Below are positions 35,583 to 45,088 of a DNA stretch of 49,837 nucleotides, one piece after another. The stretch comes from a virus: the IMG/VR virus record IMGVR_UViG_3300045988_175398, one strand, 5' to 3'. A program made the position numbers and the translations under genes. The notes under the pieces were generated by a model that was not told the origin of the DNA, ran no database searches, and saw only the letters and a program-made list of their open reading frames with translations. How positions within the stretch are numbered: the first letter of the stretch is position 1; the number at the start of each line of letters is the position of its first letter.

Positions 35583-36022
35583 CAGTGCACCTCATAATCA
35601 ATTGATTTTACAAGCTGTCCTGTGTCAACCAAGGTTATGTCTGTAACATTATTTGATTTTGGACGAACTGCATCATCCAGAATTCTTTCTTTGATTCGCT
35701 CTTTCTGGTAACTGCCTATGTCAGTCAAAACACCATTAGCATTTTTGTTTTCATTAAAGGCAATTGCAATAATTGAGCTCAGCTCCCTTTTATATTTGGT
35801 GACAAATTTGAAAATTCTCAGCCACATTCTTGGTGGCAATTTAGATGTGCCAAATTCCTGATAACTTCCAACTTCTGCAGTTGTAACATCGCTATCTGGA
35901 TATCTTTTATTGTCTTTGCTATGGATGCCAGTTGTAACAGAACGTCTTTGCAATTGCTTTAACATTCCATTAAAACGATTGCAATGACTTTTGTTTAAAT
36001 CTGCTGCATTTCTTATTAGCAA
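35582..36022 (-). CDS. HK97 gp10-like head-tail/tail-completion protein
   Basis: EFGTSKLPPRMWL resembles the E-F-G-T...PRPF signature of the HK97 gp10 family. Confidence 0.5.
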   Translation of the reverse strand: MLIRNAADLNKSHCNRFNGMLKQLQRRSVTTGIHSKDNKRYPDSDVTTAEVGSYQEFGTSKLPPRMWLRIFKFVTKYKRELSSIIAIAFNENKNANGVLTDIGSYQKERIKERILDDAVRPKSNNVTDITLVDTGQLVKSIDYEVH

Positions 36023-36474
36023 TATCCAACCTCCACACCAAATTCAAAATAAGGATATAGCAAATTGTATGTGTTATCAGATTTGAACTGATTATCTTTA
36101 TTGCCATCTCCAAATTCAACTGCTGTATCTTGAACTCTCATGGATTTTACACCAGAAATATCAGAGCCGAATGCAGAATTGAACCTGTAAATTGCCAAGG
36201 CTTCTTCACAGCACGCTTCAAGCAGAACATTATCATCTGTTTGCTGACAATAAATAATCCTTGGAAATTTCAGTTTCTGCTCCTCATCAACTTTTTCACC
36301 AGCGAATTGCATTCTGTCGATGCTTCTTGTAGCTGACACAAGCAATTTAGCCTTATCTTCATCAGAAATTGCATCCCAGCCAGAATTGAAGAAAGCAGCA
36401 AAATACTCATCAGCTTCTTCAGCTGTCGCATAAACAGGATATTCTTTTCCATTTATGTTGATGCATTTTGCCAT
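36016..36474 (-). CDS. head-tail adaptor/connector protein
   Basis: 152 aa, position after capsid genes. Confidence 0.3.
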   Translation of the reverse strand: MAKCININGKEYPVYATAEEADEYFAAFFNSGWDAISDEDKAKLLVSATRSIDRMQFAGEKVDEEQKLKFPRIIYCQQTDDNVLLEACCEEALAIYRFNSAFGSDISGVKSMRVQDTAVEFGDGNKDNQFKSDNTYNLLYPYFEFGVEVGYC

Positions 36475-36482
36475 GTGCTTTC

Positions 36483-36818
36483 CTATTCTACATCATCACC
36501 ATTGGCATCTTCTTCAGCTTCTTCAGCCAGCTTTTCAATCTGCTCAATCATTTCTGACTTGTTTCCTGATAAAACAACACCAAACTCAGATTCAGCAAAA
36601 GCAGCCAACTCAACTTTGGTCATCTCCTGAAGAGTTTTCTTTCCTTCACCAGAATTTGAGCCAGAAGAAATTTCCTCAGCATACTTGTGAGCAATCATCT
36701 CTTCGGCAATTTCTTTGTGCTTAACTTTTTCAATGCCAAATTCTTCATCCTTGCGGAATTCAACTTTGTTAAAATCAATGCACCAAGCAAAATCTTTTAA
36801 TGCCTTAAACATCATCAC
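36483..36818 (-). CDS. acidic hypothetical head-module protein (111 aa)
   Basis: ORF track; Glu-rich. Confidence 0.35.
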   Translation of the reverse strand: MMMFKALKDFAWCIDFNKVEFRKDEEFGIEKVKHKEIAEEMIAHKYAEEISSGSNSGEGKKTLQEMTKVELAAFAESEFGVVLSGNKSEMIEQIEKLAEEAEEDANGDDVE

Positions 36819-36827
36819 ACCTTTCTT

Positions 36828-36870
36828 AAAATAAGGGGCTCAGGCATCTCCAAAGCCCCTTTTTCATTCA
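36828..36870. terminator. symmetric hairpin (AAGGGGCT...AGCCCCTT) flanked by T/A tracts; potential bidirectional terminator/attenuator inside the late operon
   Basis: aaggggctcaggcatctccaaagcccctttttc on plus; the reverse complement also ends in a T-rich tract. Confidence 0.4.
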
Positions 36871-36874
36871 TCAA

Positions 36875-37264
36875 TTAAGCAACTGCTTTGTGGCGAGCAT
36901 TGCCAAGGATAACCACAGCACCAACAGTTGCAGAAATTGCGGAATCTTTCGCAATTTTCACTTTAATAAACTGTTTGTGGCCACGATATCCAACCTTACT
37001 AACCGCACCAGCAGCAGCCATACTTTCCGAAGCATTGATTAAATCACGGTCTGCAACTGCAGTAAAACTACCATCAGAAGTATCACATTCAGAAATGGAA
37101 ATTTTTCCTGCACCAGAAGTGAAAGAAGACATCTGTGCAATAACAGTCACAGATTCAAAACCTGCAGTATCAATCGCTGCAGATTCAGATGAATCATCAG
37201 TTAAAGCAGCAGAATTAACTGCATTAACAACTTTGATATTGTTCACCAAATCATATGCACTCAT
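36875..37264 (-). CDS. Ala/Ser-rich capsid-associated protein (decoration/Ig-like candidate)
   Basis: 129 aa immediately downstream of the major capsid gene and followed by a hairpin. Confidence 0.3.
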   Translation of the reverse strand: MSAYDLVNNIKVVNAVNSAALTDDSSESAAIDTAGFESVTVIAQMSSFTSGAGKISISECDTSDGSFTAVADRDLINASESMAAAGAVSKVGYRGHKQFIKVKIAKDSAISATVGAVVILGNARHKAVA

Positions 37265-37274
37265 TTATGCCTCC

Positions 37275-38486
37275 TTATGCTTTAATTTTCAGCAATTTGA
37301 TAGCTTCTGCCATCGTTACTTGACCAGTGTTCCAACGGTGCCATGTCATTTCGATAATGGCTTTTTTCTTGGAGGTGTATTCATCACGAATCATGCCCAT
37401 CTGAGTTGAATCAAGAATGGTATAACCAGCGAACAAATCACCAAACAGAACTGGTGTTGCGTTAACAGCTACATCCGGCATGTCATCAAAAATGACATAT
37501 TTGTAGTCACCGATAACAGCAGGCATGTTTTCACCACCCATTCTCCACAAATACTGACCATTCTGGTCTTTGGCAGTGCGGAGAGCATACAGTGTACGGC
37601 GATTGAAGCCATAAACCGGATTTTTGTAACCAGATTTCAATTCAGCAGGCAAAGCCAAAACATCATCGAATACCAGTTTGCCAGAGGTTGAGCCTTCAAT
37701 TCTTTCAATAGAAGAATTCGTCAGAATTCCTTCCGGCTGTTTGTATCCAGAGCCTTTTAAGAATGCTCTGCCCTCACCAATGGCAAAAGCGGTAGCAACA
37801 TCAGCAGCAAATTCAGATTCAACATTATAGTTGCTGAACTGCAACAAGTCCAAAGTGACAGGCAGCGTTACTGTCTGACGATAAGCCGTCAAGGTCTCGG
37901 AATCGAACTTGTCTTCACTCTCCGGAGATTCCTCAGTTTCACCAACATATTTGGCAACTGGAATATCAGTGCGAACAGGGATTGTCAAATCCTTTTTAGA
38001 GGTGCTGCGAACTCTTGCAAATGAGCGAATCGGCGAAACATCATGCAACTGGCGCAGAATATCAGAAGCAAATTCCGGATGAACCAGATAACCGCCCTGA
38101 ACATCAGTGTCTGTGCGCATTGTTTTGCTGCCCTCACCACGCAGGAAATATTCTTTGAAGGCAATATGCTCTTCAGAATTCTTCCAAGCATCAGAAGCAC
38201 CAGCCGGAGCTGCAGAATGCAAAGCAATTTCTTTTTCCAATTCTTTGATGCGTTCAGAATTGTCACCAGATGCTTTCGCCAATTTTTCAATTTCGTCCTG
38301 CTTAGCGGCAATTTCACGCTGTGCATTTTCCAGTTCAGCCTGCTTTTTAACCAATTCCTGATTTTTCTTTTCAGAAGCATCAAGAGCAGACTGCAGTTTG
38401 TTAATTTTTTCCTGGTCAGCTGACTTTTTCTCAACTTCATTGCGAAGCTCTTTCACAGCCGACATAACATCATCAATTTCAGCCAT
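37275..38486 (-). CDS. major capsid protein (HK97 fold candidate) with N-terminal coiled-coil delta/scaffold-like region
   Basis: 403 aa directly downstream of the HK97-type prohead protease; N-terminal about 100 aa charged coiled coil (EVEKKSADQEKINKLQSALDASEKKNQELVKKQAELENAQREIAAKQDEIEKLAK). Confidence 0.6.
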   Translation of the reverse strand: MAEIDDVMSAVKELRNEVEKKSADQEKINKLQSALDASEKKNQELVKKQAELENAQREIAAKQDEIEKLAKASGDNSERIKELEKEIALHSAAPAGASDAWKNSEEHIAFKEYFLRGEGSKTMRTDTDVQGGYLVHPEFASDILRQLHDVSPIRSFARVRSTSKKDLTIPVRTDIPVAKYVGETEESPESEDKFDSETLTAYRQTVTLPVTLDLLQFSNYNVESEFAADVATAFAIGEGRAFLKGSGYKQPEGILTNSSIERIEGSTSGKLVFDDVLALPAELKSGYKNPVYGFNRRTLYALRTAKDQNGQYLWRMGGENMPAVIGDYKYVIFDDMPDVAVNATPVLFGDLFAGYTILDSTQMGMIRDEYTSKKKAIIEMTWHRWNTGQVTMAEAIKLLKIKA

Positions 38487-38487
38487 T

Positions 38488-39189
38488 TTAGACTTTCTCC
38501 TTAATTTCAGTTAACATTGCAATGATTTTTGAATAATCCTCCCGACTATCCTGCTTTTTGCCAACTTCCCGATGGCTGAACAGCTCTTTCATCTTGCTGA
38601 TGAAATGCTTACTTTTGTTTGATGACAAAAATTCACCAAGATATCTTTCAGCATCTCTTTCTGTTTTAATCTCATCAATTGATTTAACAGAATCAACAGT
38701 TGCCAAAGGATTCATCGGGAATGTCACCAAACTAACTTCCCACAGCGTCAGCTCTTTCAAATAAGTGATTCCATCAACAATTTCGTATTGGTCAACAGAA
38801 TAGCCAATGGACATCGACTTGATTGAGCCAGTCTTCAGCTGCGGATAAACTCTTCCTGATACAAATGTATCAGTCTTAGGCATCTTGCCTTCAAGATAAA
38901 GCCCTTTTGAGTCTTCGTGTATTTCTGCAAAGACACCCAATGGCTCACCTCTGTCATGTTGCCAGAGAAGAACTGGAGCTTGTTTCATCAGAGTCTGCTT
39001 AAAAGCTCCCTGAACAACTACATCTCCCCCTCTGTCAACATTGCCGAATGTTGAACCATAGCCTTTGAAATAATAAAAGTCATCATCTTCAGAGACTTCT
39101 TTGACTTCAAAAGGAACTTCAAGACGCTTAACTTTCATTTCAGCATCTTTTTTCAAGAATTTTTTGTTTTCAAATGTGTTCATCAACAC
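38488..39189 (-). CDS. prohead maturation protease (HK97 family, S78)
   Basis: FKGYGSTFGNVDRGGDVVVQGAFKQTL...LLWQHD...HEDSKGLYLEG matches the HK97 protease signature GYASxF...D..GD...GAF...LL.xHD...ED..GL. Confidence 0.75.
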   Translation of the reverse strand: MLMNTFENKKFLKKDAEMKVKRLEVPFEVKEVSEDDDFYYFKGYGSTFGNVDRGGDVVVQGAFKQTLMKQAPVLLWQHDRGEPLGVFAEIHEDSKGLYLEGKMPKTDTFVSGRVYPQLKTGSIKSMSIGYSVDQYEIVDGITYLKELTLWEVSLVTFPMNPLATVDSVKSIDEIKTERDAERYLGEFLSSNKSKHFISKMKELFSHREVGKKQDSREDYSKIIAMLTEIKEKV

Positions 39190-39248
39190 CTCGCATTATA
39201 TTTGTCTATATTATAGCACCAAAAATCAAAAAAGTAAAGCATTTTGTT

Positions 39249-40067
39249 TTATTTATTATACCTGACAGCACAATAACAATTAACCACATTGCCTGCAGTT
39301 GCTCCCATGCTTGTATCACCTGGATATTTGAGATATTCCCCACCAACATAGAACAATTCGCTTGGTGCAACCTTTTGACCATGGGCTGCAGCATGGGCTG
39401 GTCTTGTTGTAGGCAATAAAGCAGACAACCATTCTTTTTCATAGCCAATTGGAGCATCAGTCATATAAGAAGAAACAGCCAGACTTGCATCTTGCTCAAC
39501 TGCCTGAACAAGAAAACTATTCTTGTTATTGGTCAAACAATCCGCCTCAATATTTTTAACAGTCTCTGCTACATATTGAGTTTCAGTCATGGCAATGGTT
39601 GTGGCTCTTGATTCAATCTTTCTGCCAAATATCTCCAAAGCCAAAGCAGCAACTGCATCATTGCTTATGGGCATAGATTCCTGCTGCATATACAATTCAG
39701 CCTTGCTTATGCTATCTGCCATTTGCTCTGTGCTTGTATCAATTATTTGACGGCTTGATGCTGATGCTCTCTGCTCCCTCATAATTTGCAAAGCCAGAAT
39801 AAATAATGCCATCTTGTCTCTGCTCATTGGCATATCAAGCTCTTCAGATGCCACTCCAATAAACTCATCTTGGACATTTTTATAATGCCTTGCCAAAAGC
39901 CTTTGCCATTTTTCTACATAGGCATTGAAATCCAAATAAACGCCCTTTTCAGCATACAATTTTTCAAAATCCCGAGCCATCTGTCTCAACAGTCTTTCTG
40001 CTTTTTTCCGGATTTTGCTGTCTAATTGTATCTTGGCATTCAGCTGTCTTGCTTGGTCTTTGTCCAT
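39249..40067 (-). CDS. minor head / head morphogenesis protein (SPP1 gp7 / Mu F-like position)
   Basis: 272 aa immediately downstream of the portal. Confidence 0.4.
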   Translation of the reverse strand: MDKDQARQLNAKIQLDSKIRKKAERLLRQMARDFEKLYAEKGVYLDFNAYVEKWQRLLARHYKNVQDEFIGVASEELDMPMSRDKMALFILALQIMREQRASASSRQIIDTSTEQMADSISKAELYMQQESMPISNDAVAALALEIFGRKIESRATTIAMTETQYVAETVKNIEADCLTNNKNSFLVQAVEQDASLAVSSYMTDAPIGYEKEWLSALLPTTRPAHAAAHGQKVAPSELFYVGGEYLKYPGDTSMGATAGNVVNCYCAVRYNK

Positions 40068-41428
40068 AATTCATTCGCCTCATTATCAGTGCAGCCGAGT
40101 TTCTTCATTCTCAGCACAAAATTGTTTCTCTTTGTAGTCTCTGTGTCATACTCTGCAGCATCAACTGGTGCCATGCTTGTGGGCTTATAAATCACATCTC
40201 CACCACTCAAAGAATCATAGCCAAGCTCTGTGCGAATTTCATTGTCAGTCAAAACACCAATCTCACTCAAATTCTTTGCCCATTCAGAGGTGCGTTGCTG
40301 CAAGGCAGGAATGTCATTGGTTGAATAGCTTATGCTGAAATTGCTCTCAAGCATGCCACGACGTTTGAATAATTCTTCAAATTTGCCAAAAATATCACCA
40401 ACCAGAGGCAGCACAGCATCATCATACAAACTGACTTTGGCAACTGAATAATTGTTGTATGTCTGTGAGCCTGTTTTATACAATGGCTGAGGAATATTGA
40501 ACTTGCTGTAAATAATATCTTCAGCATCTGTCTTGAGCTCAAGAATCTGCATGTCTTTGTTTGTGGCATTGATAGGCTTGAAATCTATGTTATCAGCATG
40601 GGCTGCAATATACTTGCCAGCATTGCTATTGCCAGAGAAATAAGTTGACACCTGCTGGCGAAATTCCTCAATTGCCTTTCTGTCACTTGTTGCTAACTTA
40701 AAAATACCAGACAATGTTACACCATTCTTCAGCAGAGAAGCATTATGTATAGACGAACCATTAGCAATTTCAATTTCTTTCAAAATGCTATTCATCAGAG
40801 GCAAAGCAAAAATTTCATCACCAGAATTTCGACAATAGCCTTTAAGGTGAATCAGCTCTCTGTAGTCTGTATTTGTGAATGACTTGGTCTTGCTATTGAA
40901 TGAATAAATGCCATTGAACACTCTCATTCTGTTGGATGCAGATATTTGATAAACAGGCTGTGAATTGGCATCTATGCCATTGACAATAACATAGCTTGAC
41001 TTAATTGGATACAACTCCAAAATCTCACGATTGACATTGCCTGTGGCAATTAAGAACAGATTGCCTGTCACCAGCTTGTTCAAAGCACATTCAAAAATAA
41101 ACTCACGCCAGCTTTGGTTCCTGTTCGGCTTGGCAAGCAGCACATTCAAATTGTGCTTTTCTTTCAACTCCCAATCCTCATCAAAAATGCAAGGCTTAAT
41201 ACTCTTGATGTGATTGCAAATTGTGTCAACAGCATCTGACAAGGCAGCGGTTGTTTCATACAAATTGTATGCCATACTCATTGAAGCATATTCCATGCCA
41301 TTCTGATGTAGATAATCCCAAAATGAACTCAAACATGGATTGCAAGCAGAAGAAGCATTAGAACAGCCACTTTTTTCTGCTTTTTTATCAAACATTTTCT
41401 TAAAAAATTTCATCCAAATTTTCTCCAT
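40040..41428 (-). CDS. portal protein
   Basis: 462 aa directly downstream of the large terminase. Confidence 0.55.
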   Translation of the reverse strand: MEKIWMKFFKKMFDKKAEKSGCSNASSACNPCLSSFWDYLHQNGMEYASMSMAYNLYETTAALSDAVDTICNHIKSIKPCIFDEDWELKEKHNLNVLLAKPNRNQSWREFIFECALNKLVTGNLFLIATGNVNREILELYPIKSSYVIVNGIDANSQPVYQISASNRMRVFNGIYSFNSKTKSFTNTDYRELIHLKGYCRNSGDEIFALPLMNSILKEIEIANGSSIHNASLLKNGVTLSGIFKLATSDRKAIEEFRQQVSTYFSGNSNAGKYIAAHADNIDFKPINATNKDMQILELKTDAEDIIYSKFNIPQPLYKTGSQTYNNYSVAKVSLYDDAVLPLVGDIFGKFEELFKRRGMLESNFSISYSTNDIPALQQRTSEWAKNLSEIGVLTDNEIRTELGYDSLSGGDVIYKPTSMAPVDAAEYDTETTKRNNFVLRMKKLGCTDNEANELWTKTKQDS

Positions 41429-41431
41429 TCA

Positions 41432-42739
41432 TCAGCAGAAATAAATCTGTTCATCAGCTATTTTACTGCCAAACCACAAAAAAGTAAAGCCCCAAACCAT
41501 GGCATCAATTCTATTTGGCGACCAACCGCTTTCTGGCGTCCATGTCACCATTTCATCTTCCAAAGCAGCAAGCACACCAACATGGTGAATAAGTCCTTGT
41601 TCATAGAGTGCAACAATTGGGTCAGCACGCAAAGCCTTGCCACGAGTTGCCCGAACTTGCTTGAATGGCACGCCCTTGTCAACTGAACGAATTGTATTCT
41701 CAACCATATCTCCGCCGAAGTTCACTTCACCAACAATACAATCTGCTTCCCATCTTTCATAGAGAGCAATTGCCTTTTTCGCCCACTCATTCGGCTTCAT
41801 TTTGCCAGTGGCATCCTCAAGCACCCATCCATGGCCAGAATAATCCTTCCCAACCACAATTATGCCTGTGTCATCAGAACTTGCATTGCTTGTTCCAGCT
41901 GGGTCAACTGCCACTACAAGCTTTTTGAACTCTGGCAAATCTGCTTTGCTCATCCTTGTGGCATCCAACAGTTCAGTTTTCCACAGGGCTTTTTCATCAT
42001 CATCTGTCCAATCACCATCTTTGAATCTCTTCCGGCTTTTGGCAGACATACTATCAAGAACAGCCAGATAAGACTTGGCAATATTTTGCTTGTTGTCATC
42101 AGGATTCATTCTCAACCAGACATAATCAGCTGCATCCGGCAGAGGCTGTTTGTCAATAGGGTTTTTGCCCAAAACAAATACAATGTATGTCCAGTGGCGT
42201 TTGCTTGGGGGGTTGCAGTCAAAATACATCTTCAGTGACAGCTCTTCTTCCTCACCATTATTGTTCGTGAACATCACTTTCTGTGCCAAACGGCTCTTGA
42301 CCATCTCAACCGAATCCCAGCCAATCTCGCTCACTTCATTGATATATATGGTGCAATATTCATTACCAAGAATCTTCTCAAGCCGTTCACCATTGTCAAG
42401 CCCAGCCAGCCAAATTTCAGAACCATTGGTGAACTTGATGAACCAATCTGACTTGTTCTCAACATAATCCTTATCTTTGACCAAATTCGGAAAGCATATT
42501 TTAAGCACTTTCTGCAGCGTGTCATAATATATTGACTGCTTAACATGGTTGAATCTCTTTCTGGCAATAAGATGACGGCTGTTTGGTGCTTTTAATGCCC
42601 GCACAATGATATCACGCACATTGATAAATGTTTTGCCAGAGCGTGAACCACCAGAAAGCAAGATAAATGTGGCTGGACTTGCATGCAGCCTTGTTGCTTC
42701 CTTCTGTTTTTCTGTTTTAATAAAGCCCTTTGCCATCAC
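41432..42739 (-). CDS. terL: terminase large subunit
   Basis: N-terminal Walker A LLSGGSRSGKTF; 435 aa; C-terminal acidic nuclease-like region. Confidence 0.75.
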   Translation of the reverse strand: MMAKGFIKTEKQKEATRLHASPATFILLSGGSRSGKTFINVRDIIVRALKAPNSRHLIARKRFNHVKQSIYYDTLQKVLKICFPNLVKDKDYVENKSDWFIKFTNGSEIWLAGLDNGERLEKILGNEYCTIYINEVSEIGWDSVEMVKSRLAQKVMFTNNNGEEEELSLKMYFDCNPPSKRHWTYIVFVLGKNPIDKQPLPDAADYVWLRMNPDDNKQNIAKSYLAVLDSMSAKSRKRFKDGDWTDDDEKALWKTELLDATRMSKADLPEFKKLVVAVDPAGTSNASSDDTGIIVVGKDYSGHGWVLEDATGKMKPNEWAKKAIALYERWEADCIVGEVNFGGDMVENTIRSVDKGVPFKQVRATRGKALRADPIVALYEQGLIHHVGVLAALEDEMVTWTPESGWSPNRIDAMVWGFTFLWFGSKIADEQIYFC

Positions 42740-42838
42740 CCAACCAGACCCAAACCAAATTTCATTTGTTAAAACAGCATCTCACAGCAAAAACTTGCCA
42801 TTGCAACCCACCAAAATTTCATCATCTCAGACAGCATC

Positions 42839-43309
42839 TCACAATCCTTCATCATCTTTATCAATAACAACAAGAGCAACTCCTCCTTTGACTTCACCAG
42901 ACAGATTGGTGTCTGTTTTGTTTTTCCACTTATCAGATTTGCGATTGTTCAGCCAATATTTGATTGCATTGATGTTTGGTTCATGGTAACGGCTTATTGT
43001 CTCAATTCCCATGCCTGGCACTGCCACCTCTTCTGTGTACTCAAAGCCTGTGGCAATCTTATGCAAAGCATCCACAACAAGCATATCGGCTTTTTCGCCA
43101 CCCTCCTTGGCTGCTTCAGCAAAATCCGGATAATCTACCATCCATTGCAAGAATACCTCCTCAGGCACATTAAAAATGCTGCTAGCGATGTCCTTAAATT
43201 CCATGCCTAACATAACTGCTTGCTTCACCAGTGCTTTGTATTCTGCTCTATATTTATATGCACCTGACTTCTGCTGGCTGCTCTCACCTGGTGCTATCTT
43301 TAAGACCAT
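42839..43309 (-). CDS. terminase small subunit candidate
   Basis: First gene of the late operon, immediately upstream of terL; start set at MVLKIAPGE (GGAG SD 7 nt upstream) instead of track start 43372. Confidence 0.4.
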   Translation of the reverse strand: MVLKIAPGESSQQKSGAYKYRAEYKALVKQAVMLGMEFKDIASSIFNVPEEVFLQWMVDYPDFAEAAKEGGEKADMLVVDALHKIATGFEYTEEVAVPGMGIETISRYHEPNINAIKYWLNNRKSDKWKNKTDTNLSGEVKGGVALVVIDKDDEGL

Positions 43310-43337
43310 GAAAATTCTCCACAAATTGTTTGTTAAA

Positions 43338-43366
43338 ATTATAGTTAATTCTGTGGGAAAAGTAAA
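43338..43366 (-). promoter_or_regulatory. sigma70-like promoter (TTTACT-17-TATAAT) driving the late structural operon
   Basis: On minus strand: gggcTTTACTtttcccacagaattaacTATAATttt, 29 nt before the terS ATG. Confidence 0.5.
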
Positions 43367-43456
43367 GCCCAAATATTTTAGGCGGAGAATTTTGTGTGAA
43401 GTGCACCGAGCACATTTTTATAAGCATGCGAAAAATAAGTTTGCAGTTGCTTGCTT

Positions 43457-43486
43457 TTAGCGAAAAATTTTAATTATTTTCGCTAA
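43457..43486. repeat. perfect 10-bp inverted repeat TTAGCGAAAA-n10-TTTTCGCTAA at the left edge of the iteron region
   Basis: Read directly from sequence. Confidence 0.8.
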
Positions 43487-43490
43487 TTCT

Positions 43491-44081
43491 ACTCGGAGTT
43501 ATGCGAAATTTAGCTTTACAGCCCTAAAATCTCAAAATTACATACATTATTTTGTCACTACATTTTTTCTCTAAGGTTTTTTAAACTCCGAGTAGAAATA
43601 GGAAAATATACATTAAGCAACTGTACTCATTAATAATTCTTAACAACAAAAAATTAAGCTAAAACAAGCACTTAACTGTATCTCATTGAACAGATACAGT
43701 TGCTTACTCGGACTTTGAAAATGTCCGAGTGAAAACCACAATTCGACCACATTTTTCTTCAGCTATTTCAACGACTTAGCTCTACTCGGACTTTTTTCAA
43801 GTCCGAGTGAAGTCCGAGTAGAAATTTTTAACAATGTTATTTCAATAACTTAAACAACTATCTTAAATCGCGCCTTTAATAAAAAATCGCATTTTTCACA
43901 CATTTTACAGCTCACAAAAATAATAATCATTATCGTTTTTCACTCGGACTGGCACCCTTTTCACTCGGACTCCGAGTAAAACTCCGAGTGAGCCATTTTT
44001 ATAGTTTAACATGTTGTTTTACAACAATTTTCTTGCATCCAACCAACTTTCTGGCATTCGGACTGATTTCCAACTCCGAGT
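43491..44081. repeat. array of about 13 copies of the near-palindromic 9-mer ACTCGGAGT/ACTCGGACT (and reverse complements), several as 8-9-8 inverted pairs, in an about 850-bp non-coding divergent region
   Basis: Copies at 43491, 43585, 43706, 43723, 43784, 43801, 43811, 43942, 43963, 43969, 43981, 44056 (variant), 44073; no ORF of 60 aa or more that is not anti-sense. Confidence 0.85.
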
Positions 44082-44089
44082 GGGATTTT

Positions 44090-44117
44090 TAGCCGAAAAT
44101 TTTTATTTTTTCGCTAA
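44090..44117. repeat. imperfect inverted repeat AGCCGAAAA-n-TTTTCGCT at the right edge of the iteron region (related to 43457..43486)
   Basis: Read directly from sequence. Confidence 0.6.
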
Positions 44118-44232
44118 AATTGGCACCAGAAACTTTTTGTTTACTTTTGGCATCCATCCTTATAAAATATCTATATAACAAATTGTTTTAACACATAAAT
44201 TCAAAAAAGTTTAGATTTTTGTAAAATAATTG

Positions 44233-44261
44233 TTGACTTTATAGAAAATGTGTTATATAAT
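44233..44261 (+). promoter_or_regulatory. conserved early promoter TTGACT-17-TATAAT with upstream caaaaaagtttagatttttgtaaaataattg block
   Basis: Second copy of the about 45-bp promoter cassette; leader gtaaaggaataaacaATG follows. Confidence 0.7.
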
Positions 44262-44303
44262 GAAAGTGTAAAATGATTAAACAGTTATGTAAAGGAATAA
44301 ACA

Positions 44304-44573
44304 ATGAACAATGCAACTTTAATTCTCCATGCTAAGGCAGCCAACAATATTCCATTGGATGAAGAGCTTCACACCTTTGCTGAGTGGAAGCGTTTGGGCT
44401 TTTCAGTCAAGAAAGGAGAAAAAGCCAGATGCAAAATTGCCATTTGGAATAAATCCATCAAGAGCAAGAAAGATGATGAGGAAGCTCCGCAAGAGGACGA
44501 CAGCTATTTTTACACCAAAGTTGCAGCATTCTTCACTCGTAACCAAGTTCAGTCATTAGATGCAAAGGAATAA
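44304..44573 (+). CDS. hypothetical early protein (89 aa)
   Basis: ORF track. Confidence 0.5.
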   Translation: MNNATLILHAKAANNIPLDEELHTFAEWKRLGFSVKKGEKARCKIAIWNKSIKSKKDDEEAPQEDDSYFYTKVAAFFTRNQVQSLDAKE

Positions 44574-44575
44574 AC

Positions 44576-44743
44576 ATGTTTACAATTGAATCTCTAAAAT
44601 TAAAAGTTATTGGCTTTTGGGACAGATGCTTCTTCCGACACAATAGCCAAGAATCAGGCGTCATTTGTTTGGATGAGGATGGCAATGAACATTTGTATTC
44701 ATATTTTGAGTTAAGAAAGATGCTTAGAAAGGCAGGTGTGTAA
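44576..44743 (+). CDS. small early ORF (55 aa)
   Basis: aaggaataaacATG leader; MFTIESLKLKVIGFWDRCFFRHNSQESGVICLDEDGNEHLYSYFELRKMLRKAGV; stop overlaps next ATG. Confidence 0.4.
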   Translation: MFTIESLKLKVIGFWDRCFFRHNSQESGVICLDEDGNEHLYSYFELRKMLRKAGV

Positions 44744-45078
44744 TGGAACAGTCGAAATATAAAATTGGTGATATTGCTGAAGCAGAAAACATCCATGGGA
44801 CAAAATTTATATTTAAAGTTGCTGAAATAAGAATAACACCATCAGGAGAAATTTTGTATTTAGCAGCAAGCCATTTTACAGGCTTGAAAGAAAGCGAAGT
44901 AAGACTGGCTGATTCTCAGAAAAATTCATATGATTTGATGTTTGGTGAAATGTTAGCAGAAAAAGCAAAATTAACCGATGATTTCAGAACAGTTGCCAAA
45001 GTTCTTGCAGATAAAAATCCAGAGCTTGGCAGCTGGCTGCTTTGCAATTGGGGCAGTGAGTTGTCTGGCCATATTTAA
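44743..45078 (+). CDS. hypothetical early protein (111 aa)
   Basis: ORF track. Confidence 0.5.
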   Translation: MEQSKYKIGDIAEAENIHGTKFIFKVAEIRITPSGEILYLAASHFTGLKESEVRLADSQKNSYDLMFGEMLAEKAKLTDDFRTVAKVLADKNPELGSWLLCNWGSELSGHI

Positions 45079-45088
45079 GGAGTAAACA

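Noticed and set aside
20868-43372. Search for integrase, repressor/Cro switch, reverse transcriptase (DGR/retron) or toxin-antitoxin pairs in the late arm
   Set aside because: No tyrosine/serine recombinase motifs, no YxDD reverse-transcriptase motif and no template/variable repeat pair near the tail-fibre 3' end were recognisable. The arm is fully accounted for by structural and lysis genes.
43176-43460. Plus-strand ORF of 94 aa overlapping the terS start and late promoter
   Set aside because: It is antisense to the terS 5' end and runs through the promoter. There is no RBS and the N-terminus is hydrophobic low-complexity.
43491-44081. Possibility that the repeat array is a CRISPR array
   Set aside because: The repeats are only 9 bp, occur in both orientations with irregular spacing (9 to more than 100 bp), and there is no cas gene. 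This behaves like protein-binding iterons or operators rather than CRISPR.
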